A stretch of DNA of 64,000 bases from Patescibacteria group bacterium. GTDB taxonomy: Bacteria; Patescibacteriota; Patescibacteriia; UBA10025; JBIOWE01. Under the pieces are notes generated by a model, which was not told the DNA's origin, did no database searches, and was given only the letters and a program-made list of their open reading frames with translations. Below are positions 36,718-45,882 of this stretch, one piece after another. How positions within the stretch are numbered: the first letter of the stretch is position 1; every line of letters begins with the position of its first letter. Position numbers and translations under genes: made by a program. Location: the NCBI GenBank assembly GCA_044868145.1, contig JBIOWE010000006.1:218835-282834 (forward strand), written 5' to 3'.

Positions 36718-38096
36718 GGGGAAAGTTTTTTTAACGCGGAACGGAATGCATTGCCTCGATCAAATTCGTTTAAGAAAAGGTTGAAGCTGGCGGCTCCGGG
36801 AGAAAGAAGAACCGTATCCCCTTCTTCCGCGTTGCGCCACGCCATTCGTACGGCCTTTTCCATGGAGTTTGCTTCAGTAAGGTTTTTTTTGAAGCTGATG
36901 GGGAGCTGTGACGTTAATTTCTTGGAAGCTGAGCCAGGCAGCAAAATGATCCTCTTGACGTGAGTTTGTAGTATACGCGCAAGTGGTTTGAAGTCTAGTT
37001 TTTTATCAACTCCGCCCGCAATGAGAATGACTTTTTTTGGAATAGATTCAAGCGCGGCGATAGTCGCGTCCGGAGTTGTGGACGCCGTGTCATTAATAAA
37101 CTCAACACCGCGCACCGCTTTAAGACGCTCTAGCCTGCCCTCGATTCCCCGAAACGTCTTTATACCGGAACGTATTGTGGAGAGAGGTACGTTCATTATC
37201 ATAGCGGCGGTAACTGCAGCAAGCGTATTTTCCAGGTTGTGCCTTCCTGCCAGTTGAACGTCCTTTTTCTCCAGAATAGTATGTTCGTTGCCGTTGCGTC
37301 GGAAAACGATTTTATCCCCATGGACGAATGTTCCATTTTGTTCGGGAAAGTACTGCTTTGAAAACCATAAACGATGAGACGGGACACGGGTTCCCATCTT
37401 CTTTATTTTGGCATTGTCTCGGTTGAGAACGGTGAAATCATTTTGACGTTGATGTTGAAAAATGATTTCCTTTGCGTTTTCATATTCTCTGAGCGATTTG
37501 TATCTGTTGAGGTGATCCCTCATGATGTTTGTGATAATTGCGATGTGTGGGCTTCGATTGAGGTGTCGCATGTCTTCTAATTGCCAGGATGATAATTCAA
37601 GGACAACGGACGTTTTTTTCTTAATGCGTCCAAGAAACTGTAATGGTGAAATGCGAATATTACCCGCTAGTACGGTATCACTCTTCCATTTCTTTAGTAT
37701 TGCATGCAAAAGAGAGGCAGTCGTTGATTTGCCTTTTGTTCCTGTAATGGCAACGATTGGAGCAGGACAGAGACGAAAAAAAAGACTCACATCAGTTTCT
37801 ATCGGAACACCCGCAGTCCTTGCCGCAAGCAGATATTTTGATTCCTTCGGGACGCCAGGATTTTTTATAATGAGGTTCGCGTTGCGGAAATCTTGTACTC
37901 GATGTTTACCAAGAACATAGCGAATACCCAATCCTTTCAGTTTCCGAATCGAAGGAGAGAGAATTTTTTTCGAACGTAAGTCAGTGACAACTATCTGGGC
38001 ACCTTGTTGGGCGAACCACTTTGCGACGCCAACGCCTCCCCCCTGTAGACCAAGGCCCATCACCGTTACTCGAACATTGTCAAACCGAGCGCTCAT
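36714..38096 (-). CDS. murD: UDP-MurNAc-L-Ala--D-glutamate ligase
   Basis: NPGVP, ITGTKGKSTT, LELSSWQL, DHLNRY, LLSPGAASF. Confidence 0.96.
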   Translation of the reverse strand: MSARFDNVRVTVMGLGLQGGGVGVAKWFAQQGAQIVVTDLRSKKILSPSIRKLKGLGIRYVLGKHRVQDFRNANLIIKNPGVPKESKYLLAARTAGVPIETDVSLFFRLCPAPIVAITGTKGKSTTASLLHAILKKWKSDTVLAGNIRISPLQFLGRIKKKTSVVLELSSWQLEDMRHLNRSPHIAIITNIMRDHLNRYKSLREYENAKEIIFQHQRQNDFTVLNRDNAKIKKMGTRVPSHRLWFSKQYFPEQNGTFVHGDKIVFRRNGNEHTILEKKDVQLAGRHNLENTLAAVTAAMIMNVPLSTIRSGIKTFRGIEGRLERLKAVRGVEFINDTASTTPDATIAALESIPKKVILIAGGVDKKLDFKPLARILQTHVKRIILLPGSASKKLTSQLPISFKKNLTEANSMEKAVRMAWRNAEEGDTVLLSPGAASFNLFLNEFDRGNAFRSALKKLSP

Positions 38097-38159
38097 GAAT
38101 GTATTGTATCACAATCGCAGTGTTGTATGAGATCTCGATACGAGCTCTTATGCTCATGT

Positions 38160-39212
38160 CTATGTGCGATCGAGCAAAAAAAGGATGATCCCCAGGAATG
38201 CGGTAACCGCGGAAATAATCCAAAATCGCATCACGATTTTTGGTTCAGACCATCCTTTTGCTTCAAGATGATGATGTATAGGTGTCGAAATGAAAATCTT
38301 TTTACCGAGGAACCGTTTGGAAAAAAGTTGGAGTATGACGGAGAATGATTCTATCACGAGTAGCAGGCAAATAATTGGCAGAATGAGGGCGGCGTTTGTC
38401 ATCATTGCGACAATGCCAAGAGTGATGCCCAATGACATTGCGCCTGTGTCCCCCATAAAAAAGCGCGCTGGGTTAATGTTGAACCAGAGGAAAGCAAGTA
38501 ATGCGCCAGCCACCACCCCGCAAAACGCGGCGAGATCGTAGCGTCCCTGGAGAAAAGCGATCACACCGAATGCGCCAAATGCCGTTAAGAGCGTACCGCC
38601 TGCTAAGCCGTCGAGTCCATCGGCTTCGTTCACTGAAAAAGCAGTGGCGACGATGACAAAAAGGAAAATGGGAATGTACCAAATCCCGATGTCGAAATTT
38701 CCGAAGAAAGGGACGTGGATTGTTGTCCAATCAAGTTTGAAATAAAACCAATATGCACCCAATAGTGCGATCATGGTGTAAAGCAGCAGTTTGTGTTTCA
38801 CTCGTAGTCCTCCGCCTTTCGCGCCGATACCTTTAATGTTCAGTATGTCGTCAAAGAGTCCTACGAATGCAGCGATCACTAGTGCGGCTAACGGAAGAAA
38901 GGTTTGTGGGCGCGATAAAAAGTTGTATTCGGTTAGGGTATCTAAGATGGGTATCTTTGGTAAGACAAAAAAGAGAAGGGCAAGGAAAAGCGTCGTGAAC
39001 CAAATGAGAATACCACCCATGGTTGGTGTGCCTGATTTTGGCTCGTGCATTTTTGAATACACGGGCGCGTTCGGATCGATTCTGATTTTTTTCCCTAGTT
39101 TGTATTTGTACAGGAAATGTGTAAGGATCGGCGTGAGAATGATAGCAATGACAAAGGACAATGTCGTAAGAAAAAATATTTTGATAATTTGTTGGCTATT
39201 GAGAATATCCAT
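38160..39212 (-). CDS. mraY: Phospho-MurNAc-pentapeptide transferase
   Basis: GTPTMGG, GLFDD, DGLDGL, FMGDTG, PIHHH. Confidence 0.97.
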   Translation of the reverse strand: MDILNSQQIIKIFFLTTLSFVIAIILTPILTHFLYKYKLGKKIRIDPNAPVYSKMHEPKSGTPTMGGILIWFTTLFLALLFFVLPKIPILDTLTEYNFLSRPQTFLPLAALVIAAFVGLFDDILNIKGIGAKGGGLRVKHKLLLYTMIALLGAYWFYFKLDWTTIHVPFFGNFDIGIWYIPIFLFVIVATAFSVNEADGLDGLAGGTLLTAFGAFGVIAFLQGRYDLAAFCGVVAGALLAFLWFNINPARFFMGDTGAMSLGITLGIVAMMTNAALILPIICLLLVIESFSVILQLFSKRFLGKKIFISTPIHHHLEAKGWSEPKIVMRFWIISAVTAFLGIILFLLDRT

Positions 39213-39213
39213 A

Positions 39214-39573
39214 TTAGGAAAAAATAAGAAGGAGGACGAGTGAGGCGAGCAATATTATCTCTAGTATCGTCGTAATATAGAAATAAGAGCGACGGATGAC
39301 GTTCGATGGCTTGCCGAGAAAATGTGCGGCAACAACATTAGCGAGGAGGAGAATTGTTCCGATACCCGGTATCAAAAATATCTGGTACCAATTGCCGATT
39401 AAGTCGATTCCAAAGTAAATGTTATAATGGAGTGGAATAAGGTCGTTTGATGGCCGGGCATGGATAACGGCAAGAGCCCATGTAACAGCGTTGATCGTTA
39501 CACTCGCTATAATGTTCCAAACGATATTCTTGTCTAAAAATAACGCGCGTAACCCTTCAAAAAAATGTTTCAT
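39214..39573 (-). CDS. Small 3-TM membrane protein (DUF1648-like)
   Basis: IPLHYNIYFGIDLIG motif between TM helices; 1 nt from mraY. Confidence 0.65.
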   Translation of the reverse strand: MKHFFEGLRALFLDKNIVWNIIASVTINAVTWALAVIHARPSNDLIPLHYNIYFGIDLIGNWYQIFLIPGIGTILLLANVVAAHFLGKPSNVIRRSYFYITTILEIILLASLVLLLIFS

Positions 39574-41325
39574 TTCAGGCGATTAATTGAGCAGCATTGG
39601 AAAATCGTTGTTGCTGGCATACTTATAATAATGTTTGTGCTTGAATTGACGACTGCGGTTGGCGAATCGCAAACGGTAGACGAAGGCGTCCATCTATCTG
39701 CGGGGTACAGTTATTTCAAGACTCGCGATTTCAGGATGAACCCCGAGCACCCCCCGTTCGCCAAGTTGGTCGCAGCTTTACCGTTGTTGTTTTTGGATTT
39801 GAAGGACGTCCGTTCTTTTTCTGGCTGGCAAGAGGTAGATGAATGGAAGTTCGCTCACCAATTTCTTTATGGAAACACTGAAAGGGCAGATACAATATTA
39901 CTCCTAGGACGGCTATCGGGAATGGTCATGAGTCTGATTCTGGGGCTTGTTTTGTTTCTTTGGGCTAAGGAAATATTTGGTGTACTCGTGGCTTTCTTTG
40001 CGTTGTTCCTCTATGCTTTTGACCCGAACATGATTGCCCATAGTCGATATGTGACCACGGATGCGCCGCTTGCACTTTTTTTTGTTTTAACAATGTACTT
40101 ATTCATGCGGTTCATTCGGAATCCGAGCGCAACAGGGTTTCTTGCATTTGCGCTTTCTTTTGCGCTCGCGCAAGCAACGAAGTTTTCTGCACTCATTCTC
40201 GTGCCCACTCTTATTATTCTCTTTCTTGTACTGTCACTTCGGTACCCAAAGCTGCGTTCATTGAAACAGTTTACCATACATTTCGCGATTCTTGCCGCTA
40301 TAACGTTTTTGGTACTTTTTGGATTATACAGTTTTGAGGTGAAGCAACCAATAACTGACTACCGCGTGCAAGAGCTTCTCATAAAGCGGGAATTGATTGT
40401 GCAAAGTGGTGCTGAAGCATCGTACTCCGCGTCGCTCCAGAATGTTATTCGTCTGTCAGATCCAGGAACAAGCTCGGGCCGAAGATTTTTATCTTCGCTG
40501 CAATGGCATATTCCTTCGTACTCATACATTCGCGGTTTTATTCAGCTGGCAAGCCATAACGCAGGTGGCCACACTTCATATCTTTTTGGGCATTCATCAG
40601 ATTTCGGTTGGTGGTACTATTTCCCTTTGGCAATGCTGGTCAAAACTCCGGTGAGTTTTTTACTGTTTCTTTTGGTTTCAGCCGTCGCTCTATTCATGTC
40701 AACGGTAAAAAAACATTTTGAGGTTCTTTGGATCCTTGCGCCATTCATCATTGGGTCAGGAGTTTATCTTCTTGTCAGCATGACCTCGCATCTTAACCTG
40801 GGAGTCCGGCACGTCTTACCAATATATCCATTACTTTACATCATTGCGGCGCATGTAACTGTTTCGTTTGTCCAGAAAAGGCCGCTACCCGTGTTCCGGA
40901 TTTCCATTGCTGCGTTGCTTCTTTTCTACCTTTTCTCCTCACTTAGTATTTTTCCTCACTATCTTGCCTACTTTAATGAAATTGCAGGCGGGCCAGCGGG
41001 TGGTACTCGTTATTTACTCGATTCAAACATAGATTGGGGGCAAGACGTGAAAAAACTTCACGCCTACTTGCAAAAACATTCAATTCCCTTCGTTTGCATG
41101 GCCTATTTTGGTCAAGCATCGCTTGACTATTACGGTATTGATTACCGATACATTCCAAAAAATGCTGAAGTTGTTTCTAATGATCTCAACTGCGTCTACG
41201 TGGTAAGTGCTACGCTGCTTTTTCCTCATGACAGTGATTACGCATGGCTCCGTCAATATACCCCAACAGAGAAAATCGGATACTCTTTATACCTCTATGA
41301 TTTTCGAAAGAACGCACTAGACTAA
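39565..41325 (+). CDS. GT-C fold (ArnT/PMT-like) membrane glycosyltransferase
   Basis: TVDEGVH, NPEHPPFAK, HSRYVTTD, ATKFSA, LGVRHVLP, DSNIDWGQD; many TM helices. Confidence 0.85.
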   Translation: MFHFRRLIEQHWKIVVAGILIIMFVLELTTAVGESQTVDEGVHLSAGYSYFKTRDFRMNPEHPPFAKLVAALPLLFLDLKDVRSFSGWQEVDEWKFAHQFLYGNTERADTILLLGRLSGMVMSLILGLVLFLWAKEIFGVLVAFFALFLYAFDPNMIAHSRYVTTDAPLALFFVLTMYLFMRFIRNPSATGFLAFALSFALAQATKFSALILVPTLIILFLVLSLRYPKLRSLKQFTIHFAILAAITFLVLFGLYSFEVKQPITDYRVQELLIKRELIVQSGAEASYSASLQNVIRLSDPGTSSGRRFLSSLQWHIPSYSYIRGFIQLASHNAGGHTSYLFGHSSDFGWWYYFPLAMLVKTPVSFLLFLLVSAVALFMSTVKKHFEVLWILAPFIIGSGVYLLVSMTSHLNLGVRHVLPIYPLLYIIAAHVTVSFVQKRPLPVFRISIAALLLFYLFSSLSIFPHYLAYFNEIAGGPAGGTRYLLDSNIDWGQDVKKLHAYLQKHSIPFVCMAYFGQASLDYYGIDYRYIPKNAEVVSNDLNCVYVVSATLLFPHDSDYAWLRQYTPTEKIGYSLYLYDFRKNALD

Positions 41326-41362
41326 GTATAGCGTTTCTGGAGGTTTGCTTCAATGCATTGAG

Positions 41363-41391
41363 TTGACGAATCAAATTTTCTGTGCTATAAT
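41363..41391 (+). promoter_or_regulatory. Promoter of the type IV pilus operon (probably leaderless mRNA)
   Basis: TTGACG-17 bp-TATAAT with TG; ATG lies 7 nt after the -10 box. Confidence 0.75.
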
Positions 41392-41398
41392 ATAGTCC

Positions 41399-43129
41399 AT
41401 GGAAGACCCAAAAAAGCTCAAACAGGTGATCAAGGACGCTAAGTTAGTCGCCGCCGATCAGCTGGACAAAGTTTTTCTCGACTCTCAAAAACAAAAACAA
41501 GACTTCATTACATATCTGTTTGCGAAAAATCTCATTCCAGAAGTTTCTCTCTATGAGACACTTGCCAATTATTACCACGTACCCTTTATAGATCTGAGAG
41601 GTCAAACGATACGAAAGGATATCTTAACGTTAATCCCCGAGCCCATAGTACAAACGCAACAAGTCGTCGCATTTGACCGCGATGAACGTGAGCTCAAAGT
41701 TGGAGTGTTGGATCCACACAACCTCCAACTTTTTGATTTTGTTAAAAAGAAAACCGGCGTACCCTTGAAGGTCTACCTCACAACACCCTCGAGTATTAAG
41801 GAAGTCATCACGCAATATCACAAGGGTATGTCTGCGGAGTTTAAGAAAATTACCGAAGAAAAAGTCGGCCAGGCTGTGATGGATGAAAAAGATTTAAAAG
41901 AGTTGGCACAGGATCTGCCTATCGTAAGGATCGTCGATTCAATCCTTGAGTATGCAATTTTCGAAAATGCTTCTGACATTCATATCGAGCCAACAGACAA
42001 GGATTTATTAGTTCGCTATCGTATTGACGGCGTTTTACGCGATGTCATGGATTTACCTAAGTCAACGCAACCCGGGCTCACTGCGCGCATTAAGATCCTT
42101 GCACACCTGAAGATAGATGAGCATCGCATTCCCCAGGATGGACGTATTAAAATAACAACCTCCGATTACAAAATTTCCTTTCGGGTGTCGACAATCCCTG
42201 TGTATGACGGTGAAAAGATTGTTTTGCGCCTACTCAACGAATCTGCGAAACCATTGACGCTGGAACAAGTTGGTTTACAGCTCGGGGCTCTTACGCGCGT
42301 TGAGCGGAGCATTAAAAAACCACAAGGAATCATTTTTATTACTGGGCCAACAGGATCAGGCAAAACCACTACCCTCTACACCGTCCTGAACATATTGAAT
42401 GTCCCGGAGGTAAACATTGTAACGATAGAAGACCCCATTGAATATCGAATGCCGCGGGTGAATCAGAGTCAGGTCAATCCACGCATTGGGTATACTTTTG
42501 CGAATGGACTGCGCTCGTTGCTACGACAAGATCCAAACATTATTATGGTCGGAGAGATCCGGGATAATGAAACAGCAGAAATCGCCATTCACTCCGCCAT
42601 GACAGGACATTTAGTTTTGACGTCACTGCACACCAATGATGCCGTGACAACCCTTCCTCGATTAGAGGAAATGGGCATTCCTCCTTTTTTGATCGTTGCG
42701 ACGACGAATGTGGTAGCCGCCCAGCGTCTCGTGCGAAAGATATGCTTGCATTGCATTCAAAGCTACACATTAACAAAAAAAGCCATTGATGACTTACGTA
42801 AGGAATTTGACCTTGATTCCATTTTGTCTGTTTTGGAAAAACAAGGCGTCATTCTTTCCGCAAAAACACCGCTGGAATCACTATTGTTTTACAGGGGCAA
42901 AGGTTGTAAACAGTGCAGTAACAGCGGCTACAAGGGTCGAATCGGGATCTTTGAGGTATTGGAGATAACAAAATCAATGGCTCAACTCATTCTTGAGAGA
43001 GCCAGCGCAGCGCAAATGAAAGAGCTTGCGGTGAAGGAAGGAATGCTCACGATGCTCCAGGATGGCTTTATTAAAGCAAAAAATGGGATAACAACCATCG
43101 AAGAGGTGTTACGCGTGACGAAAGAATAA
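41399..43129 (+). CDS. pilB: Type IV pilus assembly ATPase (PilB/GspE)
   Basis: ASDIHIEP, GPTGSGKTTT, TIEDPIE, LRQDPNIIMVGEIRD, tetracysteine motif. Confidence 0.93.
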   Translation: MEDPKKLKQVIKDAKLVAADQLDKVFLDSQKQKQDFITYLFAKNLIPEVSLYETLANYYHVPFIDLRGQTIRKDILTLIPEPIVQTQQVVAFDRDERELKVGVLDPHNLQLFDFVKKKTGVPLKVYLTTPSSIKEVITQYHKGMSAEFKKITEEKVGQAVMDEKDLKELAQDLPIVRIVDSILEYAIFENASDIHIEPTDKDLLVRYRIDGVLRDVMDLPKSTQPGLTARIKILAHLKIDEHRIPQDGRIKITTSDYKISFRVSTIPVYDGEKIVLRLLNESAKPLTLEQVGLQLGALTRVERSIKKPQGIIFITGPTGSGKTTTLYTVLNILNVPEVNIVTIEDPIEYRMPRVNQSQVNPRIGYTFANGLRSLLRQDPNIIMVGEIRDNETAEIAIHSAMTGHLVLTSLHTNDAVTTLPRLEEMGIPPFLIVATTNVVAAQRLVRKICLHCIQSYTLTKKAIDDLRKEFDLDSILSVLEKQGVILSAKTPLESLLFYRGKGCKQCSNSGYKGRIGIFEVLEITKSMAQLILERASAAQMKELAVKEGMLTMLQDGFIKAKNGITTIEEVLRVTKE

Positions 43130-43136
43130 GAATTGT

Positions 43137-44354
43137 ATGCCTGAATTTTTTTACACCGCGAGAACAGCGGAAGGTAAATTGAAGAGGGATCGTATAAACA
43201 TGAAGGATGAGCAGTCTTTGGCGAACTATTTACGGACCCAGGGCTACATTTTGACTTCGGCAAAACCAGCCGCAGAAGCACAAGAAGGGTTCCTGAAAAA
43301 ATTTCTTGGAGGTCTGAGTGGCGTTTCGGTAGTCGAAAAAATATTTTTCACGCAAAATCTCGAGGTTATGTTGCGTACGGGTTTCTCTCTGGCTGCCGCG
43401 CTCAAGACAATCGGCGACCAAACGGAAAACAAGCGCATGAAGCAAGTGATTATCAACCTTCAACAAGACGTTGAAAATGGAATAGCATTCTCAACAGCCC
43501 TCGGACGACACCCGCGCATTTTTGGAGAATTGTTTGTCAATATGGTTGCTGCGGGAGAAGCTAGCGGAAAACTTGATGAAGTGTTAAAGAGACTGACTGA
43601 CCAGATGCGGAAAGATCATGCTCTTATCGCGAAAGTTCGTTCCGCTCTTACATACCCCGCCATCGTTATTTTCGCAATGATTGTCATTGGGATAGTCATG
43701 ATGACATTCGTCATTCCGAAGCTTTTGGAAATTTTTGCTGATGCGCAGGTGCAGCTCCCGCTTCCCACACGAATCCTCATTTGGATGACACATGTGTTAA
43801 CAAGCTACGGTATTTTTCTTCTTTTCGGTGTACTGGTCATTGCCTTCGTTTTGTACCGCTTTAAAAAAACATACCGCGGAAAACGCTTCTTTCACCTGGT
43901 AATGCTAAAAATGCCGATCGCCTCAAAGATTATCAAAAACATCAACATAGCTCGTTTTACAAGAACATTAAGCTCGCTCTTAAAAACGGATATTCCAATC
44001 GTACAAACCTTTCAGATTATTTCAAAAACATTAGGCAACGTATATTATTCGGCGGCGGTTATGGAGACCTCCGAGCAAGTAAAAAAAGGAATAAGCATCA
44101 TGAAATCGCTTGAGACAAAAAGAGAGCTTTTCCCCCCAATTGTCACACAGATGATTTCCGTTGGAGAAGAAAGCGGCAGTCTTGATACAATCTCAGAGGA
44201 AATCGCAAAATTTTACGAAGAAGCTGTTGACCAAACAATGCAGAACCTGTCAACAATCATCGAACCCGTCCTTGTTCTTTTCCTTGGCGCTGCTGTAGCT
44301 GGTTTGGCGCTTGCGGTTATCCTGCCAATCTATTCCCTCTCGGAAGCAATATGA
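43137..44354 (+). CDS. pilC: Type IV pilus platform protein (PilC/GspF)
   Basis: AGEASGKL, SALTYP, LPLPTRIL, VGEESGSL, IIEPVL. Confidence 0.93.
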   Translation: MPEFFYTARTAEGKLKRDRINMKDEQSLANYLRTQGYILTSAKPAAEAQEGFLKKFLGGLSGVSVVEKIFFTQNLEVMLRTGFSLAAALKTIGDQTENKRMKQVIINLQQDVENGIAFSTALGRHPRIFGELFVNMVAAGEASGKLDEVLKRLTDQMRKDHALIAKVRSALTYPAIVIFAMIVIGIVMMTFVIPKLLEIFADAQVQLPLPTRILIWMTHVLTSYGIFLLFGVLVIAFVLYRFKKTYRGKRFFHLVMLKMPIASKIIKNINIARFTRTLSSLLKTDIPIVQTFQIISKTLGNVYYSAAVMETSEQVKKGISIMKSLETKRELFPPIVTQMISVGEESGSLDTISEEIAKFYEEAVDQTMQNLSTIIEPVLVLFLGAAVAGLALAVILPIYSLSEAI

Positions 44355-45322
44355 TCAAGCGCAGCAAAAAAACTCACGCTTTTGGCCTTTTTGAATCTGT
44401 TATTGCCATTGGCATTGTCGGTCTTTTTATAGTCCTTTTTGGTTCAAGCTTTACCTTTATATCCTTTGAACAGTATATTCGCGATCGCGCCCGGGCAATG
44501 GAGCTTGCGCAGCAGGAAGTAGAAGCGATCCGCAATAGTTCCTTTTCGAAACTATCAACGTGGACAGATACACATTTCCTTGGTGTCGCATTTAACAAAG
44601 GCTTATGGGCTGTACAAAACTCTGGAAGCGCGGTAAGCAGCCCAAACGTTTATACCCTTGGGAAGCCGTCCCCTGTTGCTTCTGGGGTAACAGGTATTGC
44701 CATAGTGCCTGGAGGAGACTATACGAATTTTACCTTTGAAACGTCCATAAAGGCGCTCGCTGATTCACAGGCAGGTTTTGGCACGGGGGTCGTTTTTCGT
44801 TATATTGACCATCGCAATTATTACAAGGCGTGGTTCACGGCTTCTACGCTCGTCTTCAGCAAGGTCGTCGATGGCGTTGAAGCAGTGCTCTATACGGAGA
44901 ATCCACGAACGTTTAATACTGATCAATGGTATAAACTGAAAGTGGTGACGAACGGCTCTTCGATCGAGCTGTGGGTTGATGATGTTCAAAGGACCACCCA
45001 AGTGGACTTGAGTTTTGCAAAGGGAAAATTAGCCCTGCTTGGCCTTGATTCAGCGCATCCTCAGTTTGACAACGTAACCGTTACTACTACATCTTCGACA
45101 ACGTGGAACTTAGACGCAGACACAGTTAACATTGTGGCAAACGGGTGGGAGCGGTTTGGCATACAAGATTTGCCAGGCGGTAACGACGTTCTGATCGTGC
45201 AAGACGCTGTAGGAGGTTTCACCGACTTAAAAAAAGTTACCGCTCGCGTTGAGTGGCAACAACGCAGTCAAACGCGGTCGATTGAATTGATTACCTACGT
45301 ACATGAACATAATGTACAGTAA
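44351..45322 (+). CDS. Minor pilin (PilV/GspI-like) with inserted concanavalin-like beta-sandwich
   Basis: Prepilin-like KKTHA|FGLFESVIAIGIV; insert DYTNFTFE..GVVFRY..WYKLKVVTNG..WVDD..GKLAL..FDNVTV; C-terminal LKKVTARVEW. Confidence 0.7.
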   Translation: MIKRSKKTHAFGLFESVIAIGIVGLFIVLFGSSFTFISFEQYIRDRARAMELAQQEVEAIRNSSFSKLSTWTDTHFLGVAFNKGLWAVQNSGSAVSSPNVYTLGKPSPVASGVTGIAIVPGGDYTNFTFETSIKALADSQAGFGTGVVFRYIDHRNYYKAWFTASTLVFSKVVDGVEAVLYTENPRTFNTDQWYKLKVVTNGSSIELWVDDVQRTTQVDLSFAKGKLALLGLDSAHPQFDNVTVTTTSSTTWNLDADTVNIVANGWERFGIQDLPGGNDVLIVQDAVGGFTDLKKVTARVEWQQRSQTRSIELITYVHEHNVQ

Positions 45323-45881
45323 TCAAAAAGGTCTTTCGCTCACGAATTTGCTTGTCACCATAGCGATACTAGGGATCTTATCTGCCATTCTCTTCGAATC
45401 TTACCTAGCGTATAATCAGCTTCTGACAAATCAACTGACACGGGGCGATCTTGAGATTCAAACCACGGTTGCTTTAAAGAAAATGGCTGAGCAAATACGC
45501 AATGGAACTCAAATCATCGGTTCGCGGACCATCAACAGTGTCAGTTATACAACAGACAAGGAGACAATTATCGTTGAACTTCCTGCCATTGATGCTAATA
45601 AGGAAGTAATTCTGACAAAGTTTGATTATCTCGTTTATTACCTTAATCCTTCCGACAAAACATTCTTACGATCTTCGCTACAGCCCGATGCAACATCCTC
45701 TCGCCAAGGATTTTCGGATCAATTCATGCTCAGGGATATTTCAATACTTCGGATTTCTTACGATACGCAAGATCCTTCACAAGCCTCGCGCGTATCCATT
45801 TTTCTTAAAACGGAAAAAATTGTGAAAAACACCCCTCAGACGGCCACATTACAAACAGACCTTACGCTACGAAATAAATAA
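45303..45881 (+). CDS. Minor pilin (PilW/GspJ-like)
   Basis: QKG|LSLTNLLVTIAILGIL; MAEQIRNG; C-terminal TLRN. Confidence 0.75.
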   Translation: MNIMYSNQKGLSLTNLLVTIAILGILSAILFESYLAYNQLLTNQLTRGDLEIQTTVALKKMAEQIRNGTQIIGSRTINSVSYTTDKETIIVELPAIDANKEVILTKFDYLVYYLNPSDKTFLRSSLQPDATSSRQGFSDQFMLRDISILRISYDTQDPSQASRVSIFLKTEKIVKNTPQTATLQTDLTLRNK

Positions 45882-45882
45882 T

